Positions 1-12,599 are shown, counted from the stretch's first letter. The stretch is DNA of 64,000 nucleotides from an uncultured Alphaproteobacteria bacterium (GCA_963840765.1 CAWJAE010000010.1:25540-89539), one strand, 5' to 3'. Numbers and translations: made by a program. Notes: generated by a model not told the origin, from the letters alone.

Positions 1-457
1 TCGCGCACTTCACAATTTGCGACAGATAAAGGCGCTCGGCATCTCCATCGCGATGGATGATTTCGGTACCGGTTATTCGTCACTGTCACTGTTAAGTTCA
101 TTCCCATTTGATCGCATCAAAGTCGACGGGTCCTTCATTCAATTGACAGGCAACAACGAACGCGCTGACGCGATTTTTAAAGCCGTGGTCGGATTAGGAG
201 CAGCACTCAGTGTTCCGGTATTGGCGGAAGGTGTTGAAACCGAACAACAACTGCAATTCGCAAAAGCATCGGGTTGTGAAGAACTGCAAGGCTTCCACTT
301 CGGTCGCCCCATTCCTCATCAACTGCTGGACAAGCTATACCGAGACCTCGACGGAAAATTATCCCTGCAGAGTTTTATGGAGTGGCAAAAATCCAGAGCT
401 CTGGCAAAACCGCAAGTTAAGGCGGTGCCTGCCCCGACAATCGCGAATTACGCCTGA
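1..457 (+). CDS. EAL-domain c-di-GMP phosphodiesterase, C-terminal part (5' truncated by window edge)
   Basis: Motifs IAMDDFGTGYSSLS, DRIKVDGSF, VLAEGVET, LQGFHFGRP; frame open to window start. Confidence 0.92.
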   Translation, partial: RALHNLRQIKALGISIAMDDFGTGYSSLSLLSSFPFDRIKVDGSFIQLTGNNERADAIFKAVVGLGAALSVPVLAEGVETEQQLQFAKASGCEELQGFHFGRPIPHQLLDKLYRDLDGKLSLQSFMEWQKSRALAKPQVKAVPAPTIANYA

Positions 458-555
458 TAGAGGCGCACTTCATATTGCGGGTTACAGCAATACAAAGCGG
501 ATGATGATCGCTGCCAGGGCGACGCATGTCACAGCCAAATCTGTCTGAAGTTTAA

Positions 556-583
556 TCATCCGTTGCATCCAGCCTCCGCGTAA
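556..583 (+). promoter_or_regulatory. Possible ECF sigma (SigK-like) promoter TCATCC-N17-CGTAA
   Basis: Spacing and sequence resemble ECF promoters that drive fasciclin genes; ~50 bp before the fasciclin start. Confidence 0.35.
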
Positions 584-630
584 TGCGATCAACCACAGCA
601 TGATGCAGTGGCATTCGGGAGTTCCTATTC

Positions 631-1161
631 ATGACACTTAATTCTTCATTGCGCGCCTTGGTGGCGGGCACAGCTTTGCTGTCCTTGACGACGTTATCCC
701 ACGCTCAAATGGCTGACAAAAACATAGTGGAAAACGCCGTTGCGTCATCAGTTCACACCACACTTGTTGCCGCCGTTACGGCTGCGGGCCTTGGTGATGC
801 GTTGTCGGGGGCAGGTCCCTTCACGGTCTTTGCCCCCACAAATGACGCGTTCGGCAAGCTGCCAGCAGGCACAGTTGAAAACTTGGTGAAGCCAGAAAGC
901 AAAGACACGCTGGTCAAGATTTTGACCTCGCATGTGGTCGCCGGAAATTATTCGGCAGCTGACATCGTCAAGCACACCAACAACGGCAAAAAGCGTTTTA
1001 ACTTGAAGACCTTGTCTGGTGCACCCCTGACCTTTGAATTGCGCAAGTCTGGGGTATGGATTTACGACCAATCAGGTGGTGCGGCCCAAGTTGTGGTGGC
1101 GGATCTCAATGCCTCAAACGGCGTAATCCACGCGACGTCAGCTGTTTCGCTGCCGAAATAA
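631..1161 (+). CDS. Secreted fasciclin (FAS1) domain protein
   Basis: Signal peptide; HTTLVAAV, GPFTVFAPTNDAF, ASNGVIH motifs. Confidence 0.93.
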   Translation: MTLNSSLRALVAGTALLSLTTLSHAQMADKNIVENAVASSVHTTLVAAVTAAGLGDALSGAGPFTVFAPTNDAFGKLPAGTVENLVKPESKDTLVKILTSHVVAGNYSAADIVKHTNNGKKRFNLKTLSGAPLTFELRKSGVWIYDQSGGAAQVVVADLNASNGVIHATSAVSLPK

Positions 1162-2278
1162 TTATTTCGACCCTGCAATGAAGGGCTTGAAGTGTTTCGA
1201 CAACTTCAAGCCCTGTTTTTGATAGTTTGAACCGACTTGACCATAAACCTTGTCGGGCTTTTCGGTCAGTGGTTCATAGACAAGGCGACCAATAATTTGC
1301 CCGTCTTCCAAAATGAACGGCACTTCGTGGGAGCGCACTTCCAAAACCCCGCGCGCACCTTCGCCATTGCCCGGATGAATGGCCAAAGCCGGGATCAAAG
1401 AAGCCTGCGTAATGCACGCGAAATTCACCCACCAGCGGGTTGTAGGGCACCATTTCAGCCGCATGGGTAGGCGGCACGCGCACGGCTTCCTTTGAGGCGA
1501 GAATATAAAATTGATCGGGATCCAAAATCAGCGATCCTTGCCTCCAGATGGGTTCCCAATAATCCAGCACTTCAAGTGCACCTTTTTTGTCGACGTCCAC
1601 CAAGGCGGAATGGCGCTTGGCACGAAAGCCCACGGGGGCATCTTTCTGCATCGCCATCAAGTCAACGCTTAAAGCCAAGCCACCATCGATGTTGACTTCG
1701 CCCGAGGTGATCAATGGTTCAGCGTCATGTAGCGCATGAATAAGTGCATCGCTGGCCGAAGGTGCGCCGGCGCGAAAGCGGATTTGTGACAGACGAGAGC
1801 CCTGCCGCGCCAAAATCGGGAAGGTGCGCGGCGAAATCTCAGCATAAAGTGGCCCGTCATAGCCTTCCGGTACTTTGTCAAATTCCTGCGCATGGTCTGC
1901 AATCACGCGGGTGAAAATATCGAGACGGCCCGTTGAACTTTTAGGGTTGGCGGCAGCCGACAACCCTTTGGGCAGCGTCAAACTTTCCATCAATGGCACA
2001 ATGTAAACGCAGCCGGTTTCCAACACGGCACCGTCTCGCAGGTCAATTTCGTGCAGTGCGATGTCCTTCAGCTTTTCCGCAACCTTGTATTTCAGCCCGG
2101 GCAGGAATGAGGCCCGGACACGATAGGCTTTGGTGCCCAAGCGCAAATCCAGGCTGGCGGGTTGAATTTGGTCGTCATCCACCGGACGATCGAGGCGAAC
2201 AGCACCTTCCGCACAGAGGCGTGAAATAGCGGCGGCGGGCAAGATGCCTTGCATGAAATTTGAAACGGAGCTGGTCAT
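1162..2278 (-). CDS. dcd: dCTP deaminase, alphaproteobacterial type (one frameshift near 1380)
   Basis: QIQPASLDLRLG, ANPKSSTGRLD, HYAGFFDPGFG; C-terminus VLEVRSHEVPFILEDGQ...SNYQKQGLKLSKHF lies in ORF 1162..1464. Confidence 0.9.
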
Positions 2279-2366
2279 GACGGCCCTTTTGGGCAAGTTC
2301 TGAAGGGTTATCAAGCCTCGAAAGATTGGGAGTGGAAAACTGCTGGAGAAGCATTAGATTGCAGCT

Positions 2367-2759
2367 ATGTACCAAGCCATCACAGACTTCATACGGGTTA
2401 CCGTGCACCCCTCCTTTCTGGAAAGCCAGTCGCAGCCCGAGAACCAGAAATTTGTCTGGGCCTACACCATTGGCGTCGAAAATCTGGGCGTTGAAACCGT
2501 GACCTTGCTGACGCGGCACTGGATCATTACCGATGGCTTGGGCAGGCGGCAGGATGTGCGTGGCGATGGCGTGGTGGGTGAGCAACCCACTTTACAGCCG
2601 GGCCAACGCTTTGAATATACATCCGGCTGCCCCCTTAACACGCCATCTGGCATGATGACTGGAACCTACGGCATGATTACAGCAGCAGGCCGCAAGTTTG
2701 ATGTCATTATTCCAGCTTTTTCACTCGACAGTCCGCACGACAGACACAGCATCAATTGA
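2367..2759 (+). CDS. apaG: ApaG protein
   Basis: WAYTI, RHWIITD, GDGVVGEQP, YTSGCPLNTPSGMM, IPAFSLDSP. Confidence 0.95.
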   Translation: MYQAITDFIRVTVHPSFLESQSQPENQKFVWAYTIGVENLGVETVTLLTRHWIITDGLGRRQDVRGDGVVGEQPTLQPGQRFEYTSGCPLNTPSGMMTGTYGMITAAGRKFDVIIPAFSLDSPHDRHSIN

Positions 2760-3904
2760 ACATGAACTCCGAACAGATTCTGGCGAAGCTCATCAGCTTT
2801 GATACCACTAGCCGCAACAGCAACATTCCCTTGATTGCATGGATTGAAGATTATCTCGATCAATTCAATGTGCCGCATGTGCGCGTAGACTATGAGGTGG
2901 GAAGCAAGACCAATCTGTTTGCAACCATCGGGCCTGATAATGCTGGCGGCATTGTGCTTTCCGGCCACACCGACGTGGTGCCGGTTGATGGGCAGGATTG
3001 GACGACTGATCCCTTCACAATGATTGAGCGCGACAACCACCTCTTCGGACGCGGTACTGCTGATATGAAGGGCTTTATTGCCGTGGCGCTGGCGCTGGTT
3101 CCTGAATTTGTAAAACTGAATTTACGGGTCCCCATTCACTTGGCATTTTCGTGTGATGAAGAAGTGGGGTGCAAAGGCGTGCGCCCGCTGGTGGACTATT
3201 TGAAACACAGTGCCAAGAAGCCCGCGGCAGCCATTATTGGCGAACCCACGATGATGCAGGTGGTCAATGGCCATAAAAGTGCCGTCCGGTTTTCAACCGA
3301 AGTGACGGGCCATGAATCCCATTCCGCCCTCACCGACCAAGGTGTGAATGCCATCATGGTGGCGGGTGAACTCATTCACGAGATCAATAAAATCCGGGAA
3401 GACATGATTGAAATGGGGGATGCATCCGGCGCATTTGATCCGCCCTATTCCACAATTCACATTGGTGTGATTTCAGGTGGCACGGCGAACAATATTATCC
3501 CCAAGACTTGTAGCTTCAATTGGGAAACCCGTTTGTTGCCGGGCTTTGACGGAACCTACGTACCCACCCGCGTCAATGCCGTTGCGCGGAAACTTGAACC
3601 TGCCATGAAAGCCATCGCCCCCACAGCGGGCATTGTGGTGGAACAAGCGAATTCCGTGCCCGGTTTGGCAGCAGAAAAAGACTCACCTGCCGAACAATTG
3701 GCCCTGCATTGCAGCCACACCAATTCCACCCACACGGTTTCATACTGCACGGAAGCAGGACTGTTTCAGCAAGCGGGCATTCCCGCCGTGGTGTGTGGGC
3801 CAGGGTCTATTGAACAGGCCCATAAGCCGGATGAGTACATTGCTGTTTCAGAACTTCGAAAGTGCGAAGTGTTTTTGCGTCGCTTGGCCGAGCGCTGTTG
3901 TTGA
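2756..3904 (+). CDS. argE: Acetylornithine deacetylase (M20 family)
   Basis: LSGHTDVVPVDGQDW, GRGTADMKGF, DEEVGC, GPGSIEQAHKPDE. Confidence 0.93.
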   Translation: MNMNSEQILAKLISFDTTSRNSNIPLIAWIEDYLDQFNVPHVRVDYEVGSKTNLFATIGPDNAGGIVLSGHTDVVPVDGQDWTTDPFTMIERDNHLFGRGTADMKGFIAVALALVPEFVKLNLRVPIHLAFSCDEEVGCKGVRPLVDYLKHSAKKPAAAIIGEPTMMQVVNGHKSAVRFSTEVTGHESHSALTDQGVNAIMVAGELIHEINKIREDMIEMGDASGAFDPPYSTIHIGVISGGTANNIIPKTCSFNWETRLLPGFDGTYVPTRVNAVARKLEPAMKAIAPTAGIVVEQANSVPGLAAEKDSPAEQLALHCSHTNSTHTVSYCTEAGLFQQAGIPAVVCGPGSIEQAHKPDEYIAVSELRKCEVFLRRLAERCC

Positions 3905-3966
3905 AACGACAAAGCTTGAAATCCCGTCTCCGGCGCACCACCTAGAGCGCATCGGAGGGCCATGAA

Positions 3967-4434
3967 ATGCAACTCATTCTTTTAATTCTAAACGTGCTTT
4001 GGTTCATCACGGGTGGCGTGATTGCTGGCCTTGCGTGGATTCTCGCTGGCGTGATCATGGCGATCACCATTGTGGGCCTGCCGTGGGCGCGCTCTTGCTT
4101 CATGCTGGCACGCTTTTCGTTCTGGCCTTTCGGCTATGACATTATTGCCCGTGACCAGCTCTATGGCCGTGAAGATTTGGGAACCGGTGCCTTGGGCACA
4201 ATTGGCAATGTGATCTGGTTTGTGCTCGCCGGCTGGTGGTTGGCCATAATGCATATCGGTGCGGCCATTGCCTATGCCGTCACCATCATTGGCATTCCGT
4301 TTGCGTGGCAACACGTCAAGCTGGCCGTGGCGTCGCTTTTCCCTGTTGGCAAGACGGTGGTCTCAACCGATAAATTATGGACACCTTTGCAGACTTCAAG
4401 CAAATTCAGAAGGCGTGAACACATAGGGTGTTGA
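3967..4434 (+). CDS. yccF: YccF-domain inner membrane protein
   Basis: Two repeats of NVLWF...ITIVGLPW / NVIWF...VTIIGIPF; 3' end overlaps hslO and may be indel-extended. Confidence 0.85.
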   Translation: MQLILLILNVLWFITGGVIAGLAWILAGVIMAITIVGLPWARSCFMLARFSFWPFGYDIIARDQLYGREDLGTGALGTIGNVIWFVLAGWWLAIMHIGAAIAYAVTIIGIPFAWQHVKLAVASLFPVGKTVVSTDKLWTPLQTSSKFRRREHIGC

Positions 4435-5327
4435 ACAAAATTCACACACCACTTTGATCGCGTCGTCTTCCACCATGGCGGCGCGATCATCGGCTGAAAA
4501 GCCCATGATCATCGTAGAAACAGTTTCGCGCGAACAGGTGCAATGGCGTGCAAGTTGGGTTTCGGGATAAACCGTCACGCCATCCTCGTGATAAAGTCGA
4601 TATAGCAAATCCTCGGCTGACAACGTCGGGTCCAGCAGTTCATGGCTTTCGACAGTATCCAGCAACAAACGCGCCTTTACCCAATCGTCATTTTCCACAA
4701 CTTCATATTCACTTCCTTCCGGCACATCGCCGGACGAAAATGACACGGATGAAATTCCGCCTTCGCGCGGCAAATGTTGAATGAGCATGGCGCCGGCGCG
4801 CCAATGGGTGGCTTTTTCCCCGCGCAACATTACGGGTCCGGCAAACAAGTGCAGCCGCGTGGGGATTTGTTCTGACTGCGCGAAATAAGTGTGTGCCGCG
4901 TCAGCAAGCGTGCCTTCACCCAGCGGCACGATGCCTTGGTAGCGTTCCATGTCCTGGCCTTGATCAACCGTCATGGCAAGATAACCTTCGCCCATCAATT
5001 CGGACTCAGCTGCCAAGCGTCCCGCATCGCCAACGGCCTGCTTATTAAATCGTGCCACACCGCGAATGCCATTGGGCGATACAAAATCAGCCACCAGCAT
5101 ATTCACCGGACCATCGGTTTTGGTTTGCAGGATAAACTTGCCCTCAAACTTCAATGTCGATCCCAGAAGTGCTGCCAAGGCCACGGACTGTGCCAGCAGG
5201 GCTGATACGGTTTCAGGGTAGTCATGGCGCGCCAGAATATCATCAATCACCGGCCCAAGCCGCACCACGCGCCCACGAATGCCAAGCGGTTTTACTTCGA
5301 AGGGCAGAACAAGATCATCGCCCGACA

Positions 5328-5328
<1 letters not shown>
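4396..5328 (-). CDS. hslO: Hsp33 redox-regulated chaperone
   Basis: RGRVVRLG, RYQGIVPL, YFAQSEQIPT, CTCS and CEFC zinc motifs; ATG overlaps argF stop. Confidence 0.94.
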
Positions 5329-6253
<925 letters not shown>

Positions 6254-6259
6254 GTTAGG

Positions 6260-7441
6260 TCAGGCCGCTTTCGGTTTGAGGGCCTTGCAGGCCTTTTCAA
6301 GTTTTGTCATGGCTTCGGACACGTCAGCATCAGTAATGATCAAGGGGGGCAACAGTCGCACCACATTATCTCCTGCACCAATTACCAACATTTTTTCAGC
6401 AAGAACCGCTGCAACAAACGCCGTATTGGGAACTTTGCATTTGATGCCCATCATGAGGCCGGAGCCTCGGATGTCTTCAATCACATCGGGGTACATATCT
6501 TTCAGTGCGGCAAGTTTTTGTTTCATCGACAAGGCTTGCTTCTGCACATTGTCCAAAAAACCATCCGCCGTCACAACATCCATCACGGCTGAGCCAACTG
6601 CTGTTGCCAGTGGATTGCCGCCATAGGTCGAACCATGGGTGCCCGCCACCATGCCCTTTGCTGCATTTTCCGTGGCCAAACATGCACCCAAGGGAAAGCC
6701 ACCGCCGATACCTTTGGCAATCGCCATAATGTCAGGCGTAATGCCTGCCCATTCATGGGCGAATAATTTCCCCGTACGGCCCACGCCACACTGCACTTCA
6801 TCCAGCAGCAACAGCATGCCATGCTTGTCACAAAGTTCCCGCAAGCCTTTCAGACATTGCGTTGGCACCGGGCGAATGCCGCCTTCACCTTGCACGGGCT
6901 CAATCAGAATTGCACCCACATCAGGCGTGATCGCTTCTTCCAACGCTTGGTGATCACCAAAAGGCAATTGCTTGAAACCACTCATGCGCGGCTCGAAGCC
7001 TTCCAAGTATTTTTCTTGCCCACCTGCTGCAATCGTCGCCAGTGTGCGGCCATGGAAGGCACCTTCAAAGGTAATAATGGTCGTGCGTTCCGGCTGGCCA
7101 TTGGCGAAATGAAATTTGCGCGCCATCTTGATGGTGCATTCCAGCGCTTCAGCACCGGAATTACAGAAGAACACGGTGTCAGCAAAAGTGTGCTCAATCA
7201 GTTGTGCGGCAAGTTTTTCCTGTCCCGGCATGCGATAGAGATTGGAGGTATGCCAAATCTTCTGTGCCTGCTCGGTCAGGGCTTTCACAAGATGCGGATG
7301 CAGGTGCCCGCACGATGTGACGGCAACGCCAGCACCAAAATCGAGATAGGCTTCGCCCTCTTCCGTGTAAACGCGGCAACCTTCACCGCGCACAAAAGCC
7401 AATGGCGCACGGTTATAGGTTGGCAACACGGAAGCAATCAT
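6260..7441 (-). CDS. argD: Acetylornithine aminotransferase
   Basis: [49 protein letters not shown]; upstream of argF. Confidence 0.93.
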   Translation of the reverse strand: MIASVLPTYNRAPLAFVRGEGCRVYTEEGEAYLDFGAGVAVTSCGHLHPHLVKALTEQAQKIWHTSNLYRMPGQEKLAAQLIEHTFADTVFFCNSGAEALECTIKMARKFHFANGQPERTTIITFEGAFHGRTLATIAAGGQEKYLEGFEPRMSGFKQLPFGDHQALEEAITPDVGAILIEPVQGEGGIRPVPTQCLKGLRELCDKHGMLLLLDEVQCGVGRTGKLFAHEWAGITPDIMAIAKGIGGGFPLGACLATENAAKGMVAGTHGSTYGGNPLATAVGSAVMDVVTADGFLDNVQKQALSMKQKLAALKDMYPDVIEDIRGSGLMMGIKCKVPNTAFVAAVLAEKMLVIGAGDNVVRLLPPLIITDADVSEAMTKLEKACKALKPKAA

Positions 7442-7518
7442 GGCTTTAGCCCTCTCTCCAAAAGTGAAAACGCCAGTCAAGTGAGACTGGCGCGCAACAC
7501 CCAAGCTATAAAGTGAGG

Positions 7519-7527
7519 TTATCCACT
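7519..7527 (+). promoter_or_regulatory. DnaA box-like site TTATCCACT
   Basis: 8/9 match to TTATCCACA in the argD-gcrA intergenic region. Confidence 0.5.
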
Positions 7528-7593
7528 GGTCAATGACGGGATTTATCCCACCTGAGTCAAAACAGCGCATGGACGGGAGTCAGCCAAACGGCT

Positions 7594-7609
7594 TTAACTT
7601 TTCATTAAC
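7594..7609 (+). promoter_or_regulatory. CtrA binding box TTAA-CTTTTCA-TTAAC
   Basis: Perfect TTAA-N7-TTAAC upstream of gcrA, a known CtrA target in Caulobacter. Confidence 0.8.
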
Positions 7610-7824
7610 CATGATGGAAATGCAGGAAGCTGGGGAAAACGTGCCGGTGACTGCGCAAATGGTTGCTGCTGGGGCGCTACACGCTGTAGTGAAAGGGACA
7701 CCAGCTACGAGATGTAGCGTTTCAAGTCTGGCGTAAGCAGTTTTTTAACGCAAGGAAGAGCCATTCCTTGCGCACATGGAGGGATTCACCCGTGAATGAT
7801 GTATCGGCAGTTGGCAACGAAAAA

Positions 7825-8355
7825 ATGCCATGGACGGAAGACCGCGTGGAGACGCTGAAGAAGCTTTGGGCTGAAGGTTTGAGCGCCAGCCAGATTGCTG
7901 GCAAGCTCGGTATGGGTGTTACCCGCAACGCTGTGATCGGCAAGGTGCACCGCTTGAATTTGGCAGGTCGTGTGAATACGCCACGTCCACAGGCTCCTCG
8001 CACAGCGCGCAAAGCGCCTGAAGGTCATGCATCAGCGCCGCGCAGTCCATCACGTCCCTCGATGCCGCCAACGGCCGGCAACACGGCACTGAAAAGCTAT
8101 GCCCAGCCGCAGTCCAATCCGCGTCTTGCACCGTTGCCAGAGCCTAAGCCATTGCGCCTGGTTGAAACCTCCAAGGACGGTCGCATCACCATTCTGCATC
8201 TCTCCGACAAGACCTGCAAATGGCCCATCGGCGATCCACAACATGATGATTTTTGCTTCTGTGGCCACGGCCCGCGTGATGGTTCGCCCTATTGCGAATA
8301 CCATGCCCGCATGGCCTACCAACCCGCCCAAGATCGTCATCGCCGCCGGGCCTGA
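7825..8355 (+). CDS. gcrA: GcrA cell-cycle transcriptional regulator
   Basis: WTEDRVETLKKLWAEGLSASQIA, TRNAVIGKVHRL, CKWPIGDP, FCG, PYCEYH. Confidence 0.96.
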   Translation: MPWTEDRVETLKKLWAEGLSASQIAGKLGMGVTRNAVIGKVHRLNLAGRVNTPRPQAPRTARKAPEGHASAPRSPSRPSMPPTAGNTALKSYAQPQSNPRLAPLPEPKPLRLVETSKDGRITILHLSDKTCKWPIGDPQHDDFCFCGHGPRDGSPYCEYHARMAYQPAQDRHRRRA

Positions 8356-8365
8356 ATCAATGGCC

Positions 8366-9320
8366 ATGTCTACTGACGCTTCTTCATGCCGGGACATCGA
8401 TCCCGGCATGTTGCGCTTCTATGAGGCACTGACAGCAAAAACGCCGCCCGGTTCCGAAACCTGGCCCATGGCAGAACAACGCAAGGCGTGGAACGTGTGT
8501 GCGCAGAATTTCGCGCCCCGCGCCCCGCAAACCTGACCGTCACCGAATACATCGCCAATGGCGTGCCTTGTCGGGTCTTTGCACCCAATACACCTGGTCT
8601 GAAAGCAGGCGTAATCTATGGCCATGGTGGTGGCTGGGTATTGGGTGGACCAGAAACCCATGACGATATGTGTGCTGAACTGGCCAACGAAGCCGACTGT
8701 GTCGTTGTGCTGATGGATTATCGGCTTGCCCCTGAATACCCCCATCCCGCCCAGCTGGAAGATAGCTTGAAAGTGTGGCGTTGGATGCGCGAACAAGGGG
8801 CAGACTCACGGCATTGATCCGGATCGCATCGTCGCGGCAGGGGACAGTGCAGGTGGACAAATGTCGGTGGCACTGGCACTGACCTTGCGCGATCTTGGCC
8901 TGCCACAACTCGTCAGGCTGGCTGCTGATCTATCCCGTGCTGGGGGCAAATGTTGAAACACCGTCTTATATCCGCAATGCCAATGCGCCATGCCTCACGC
9001 GCACTGAAATGCGTCTATTATCTCTCGGCAGTTTCTGGGGCCTGAAGGTTCACCGGCATGGCGCGACGAAAAAGCCGTGCCCGCTGCTGGCCACATCATT
9101 GAAGGCTTGCCGCCGGCGTTTATCACCGTTGCCGCACCATGATCCGCTGCATGATGATGGTGTGATGTTCCATGAAAAATGCTGGCAGGCGGTATGCCCA
9201 GCACCTTGCGGCAAGAACCACAATTGGCGCATTCCTACATGCGCGCGCGCCACCACAGTGTGCCGGCCATGGAAAGCTTCAAGGCGATTGTTGGCGCGTT
9301 GAAAACTTTCGCGTTCAGGC
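8366..9320 (+). CDS. HSL-family alpha/beta hydrolase (esterase), multiple frameshifts; 3' end approximate
   Basis: HGGGW, DYRLAPEYPHPAQLED, AGDSAGG (8836-8856), LIYP, HDPLHDD, LAHSY spread over successive frames. Confidence 0.8.
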
Positions 9321-9966
9321 TCCGAAAGGCTTCGCCGTCGATCTTGCTGGCAGCGATGACAGCCTGGGTGCGGCTGTCGACATTGAGCTTCAGCAGGATG
9401 GCAGACACATGAGCTTTGACGGTGGCTTCTGACACGTCAAGTTCATAGGCAATTTGCTTGTTCAGCAAGCCAGAACGCAACATCATCAGTACACGAACTT
9501 GTTGTGGCGTCAGTGTCGCCAGCCGCTTTGAGAGATCATCAATTTCACGTTCTTGCGCGGTGGGCTCGCTGTTGGTCGCGGGGGCCCAAACGTTTCCTGC
9601 CAAAATGGCAGAAACTGCGCACGCATCGCATCTGCAGGTGTGGATTTTGGGATGTAGCCCGAGGCACCCAATGCCAATGCACGTCTGATACTGGCAGCTG
9701 TCTTCCTGCCCCGATACAATGGCCACGGGCAATCTGGATACTGTGCCCGCAAATAAGCAAGGCCCGACAGACCCTTGAACGCCCGGCATTTTAAGATCGA
9801 GCAAGATCAGGTCATATTCTTTCGACGCATTCAGCAGTGCCGTGGCTTCATCCAGGCTGCCCGCTTCAGCGATAACTGGTTTTTCCGCGCTGGTTGAAAG
9901 TGCGGCTTTCATGGCATCGCGAAACAGCGGATGATCGTCAACAATGATGATGTTGATATTGCTCAT
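9315..9966 (-). CDS. LuxR/NarL-family response regulator, CrbR/ErdR/PrlR-like (internal indels)
   Basis: VDDHPLFR, LLDLKMPG, LTPQQVRVL...GLLNKQIAYELDVSEATVKAHVSAIL...SRTQAVI. Confidence 0.88.
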
Positions 9967-10066
9967 AGCTTGTTCTTAGCTAAGCTTGGGGGATCTAAAG
10001 CAATACAAGACACCTAGGCTGGAGATTTCATTTTGCCTTTAATGCCCACATTCAGACCAGCCGCGC

Positions 10067-11021
10067 GTGCCACTTTATCCGGCGCTTGAACCTTTTCGCC
10101 GTGGTCGCTTGGCCGTTTCGGGCGTGCATGAGATTTATTTTGAAGAATGCGGCAACCCGAAGGGCCAGCCTGTGGTGGTTCTACATGGCGGACCGGGCGG
10201 TGGCTCGTCGCCCAATTTGCGGCGCTTCCACGATCCTCGTCACTACCGCATCATTTTGTTTGACCAGCGCGGCTGCGGACTTTCAACACCTCACGCCTGC
10301 CTTACCGACAACACCACCTGGGCGCTGGTCAGCGACATGGAAAAGCTACGACAACACCTCGGCATCCAGACTTGGCAAGTGTTCGGCGGGTCCTGGGGGT
10401 CAACATTGGCGCTGGCTTACGCGCAATCCCATCCGATACGCGTTACAGGTTTGGTGTTGCGCGGCATATTCCTGATTCAGCACAGCGAAGTGCAATGGCT
10501 TTACCAGCACGGTGCCAATCAAATTTTCCCTGATGCTTATGCCCGATTTTCTGCGATCCCATTCCCGAAGTGGAACGACACGACATGATCTCCGCCTATC
10601 ATTTGCGCTTCAACACGGGTGATGATGCCAGCCGCTTGCACCATGCCCGCTGTCTGGAGCCAGTGGGAGGGCGCATGCTTATCTCTGATGCCCGATCAAA
10701 AAGTGATTGATAAATTTGGCGATGACCACTTCGCCCTCGCCTTTGCCAGCATCGAGTGCCACTATTTTGTCAACAAGGGCTTCATGAGCCACGATGGGGC
10801 GTTGCTGGATGGCATGAACAAAATTGCACATCTGCCCGGCATCATCGTGCAAGGCCGCTATGATGTCGTCACGCCGCCCTCGACCGGCATTCGAATTGGC
10901 CAAGCGCTGGCCGCAGCACAACTTCAGATCATTCCTGATGCTGGTCATACGTCGCTCGAACCGGGAATCGCCGATGCGACTCATCAGGGCCACAGAAGTT
11001 ATTTCGCACCTGAGCCAATAA
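10067..11021 (+). CDS. pip: Proline iminopeptidase (frameshifted)
   Basis: HGGPGGG, FDQRGCG, FGGSWGSTLAL, IECHYFVN, IVQGRYDVV, DAGH across three frames. Confidence 0.9.
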
Positions 11022-11185
11022 GGCTGTCATTTATGTTGCACTGCGTGAAGTCATTCAAAACATGTGAAACTTTGCATCCATCAATAACTTAGCGACTGTT
11101 TTGCCTCAATAATCGCCTTGAAATGGTCAAGCCATGCGCCGTGCCAGCGCTGACTTCCCGCCTGTTTTGAAAGGCACTTTAACAC

Positions 11186-11367
11186 TCAGATCCAGCGGGG
11201 GATCGAGACGGAAGAGACGGCACTAAGCCATTTGATGCAAAGCATTTTTCCGATTGTAAAACCCGCATCGAAATTGATCCGCTTTGGGCTCCTGTCGCCG
11301 TCCCGAGCTCCAAGCGGATCATATGGGCCCGTTCTGACCGGTTGCGGTTGGGGCGGGCCTTTTCTTT
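11186..11367 (+). ncRNA. Candidate trans-acting sRNA (multi-hairpin, own intrinsic terminator)
   Basis: Stems 11189-11204, 11231-11272 and 11275-11321 (loop CUGUCGCCGUCCC), then GC hairpin plus U tract 11325-11367, in a non-coding gap. Confidence 0.6.
11325..11367 (+). terminator. Rho-independent terminator
   Basis: GGGCCCGTTCTGACCG-GTTG-CGGTTGGGGCGGGCC followed by TTTTCTTT. Confidence 0.8.
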
Positions 11368-11415
11368 GCCTGACGGTGCTTGGAACAAAACGCGAATATG
11401 CTAAGCTTCGGCAGC

Positions 11416-12554
11416 ATGACACTTGATTCCACAGTCTTTATCATCGGCGGTCGCAGTTTAACGCTGTTTGAAGTTGCTGCAGGTCTTACTGGCCTGGCCT
11501 TGGCTTGCTGCTGCTGATGGCGGCCGTCATCATGGTGTGGCGAGGGTCAGCGGGCGCGTGCTAGAACAGCAGGACGCTCAGCGCCGCACTGTTGAACTGG
11601 AGATGCGGCTGGCAGAACTGTCGGGTTCCCTTCAAAGCTTTGCTGCGCAAGCGCAAGGCAATACGGTGCATTTGCAGCGCACGCTGGATGAACGGCTGGA
11701 TGCCGTGGGCCAGCGCGTGGGTGTTGGCTTGCACGAACAAGCCGAACGCACAGCACTTTCGCTGGGGCACTGAATGAGCGATTGGCGGTGATCGATGCCG
11801 CACAAAAAAACATCACGTCGCTCTCGTCCGAAATGGTCAGCCTGAAGGACATTCTGAACAACAAGCAATCGCGTGGCGCTTTCGGTCAAGGGCCGCATGG
11901 AAGCCATCATCCGAGATGGATTGCATGCTTCGTCCTATGAGTTTCAGGCCACACTTCAGCAACGGCACGCGGCCTGACTGCGTGATCAAATTGCCGGACT
12001 CGGCGTTGCGCCTGGTCATCGATGCCAAGTTTCCGCTGGAAGCCTAGTCAGCGCCATGCAAGCTGCGGAAGATGATGCGGCCCGTAAACTAGCCGAGAGC
12101 CCGATTGCGCAGCGACATTGGCAAACACGTCAAAGACATTTCAGAAAAATATTTGCTGACTGGTGAAACCCACGAAACGGCAATCATGTTTGTGCCATCC
12201 GAATCCATCTATGCCGAGATGCATGAGAATTTTGAAGACGTAGTGCAGAAGGCCCATCGCGCCCGGGTCATTCTCGCTTCGCCCAATGTGTTGATGTTGC
12301 TGGTGCAAACCATGCAGGCCATTTTCAAGGACGTGGCCATGCGCGACCAGGCCCATGTCATCAAGGCGGAAGTGGCAAAATTGATGGAAGACGTGGGCCG
12401 TTTGAAAGAACGTGCCGCTGACCTGCGCCGGCATTTCGACATGGCCAATGGTGATCTTGAAAAACTCGGCATTTCAGCCGATCGCATCACCAAACGCGGC
12501 AACAGGATCGAAAGCCTCGATCTGGAAGAGACGCCCAACGGGCGAGGCAATTGA
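11416..12554 (+). CDS. rmuC: DNA recombination protein RmuC (multiple frameshifts)
   Basis: N-terminal TM and coiled coil; NKQSRGAFGQ, RPDCVI, VIDAKFPLE, HVKDISEKY, AIMFVPSESIYAE. Confidence 0.88.
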
Positions 12555-12599
12555 AGCACCCCGCCCGCGTTTGGTGAATACGCATTAAGTTCGAGACTT

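Noticed and set aside
9235-9432. Extensive convergent overlap of the hydrolase and response regulator
   Set aside because: Removing one base restores a TGA at 9315-9317; likely an indel artefact
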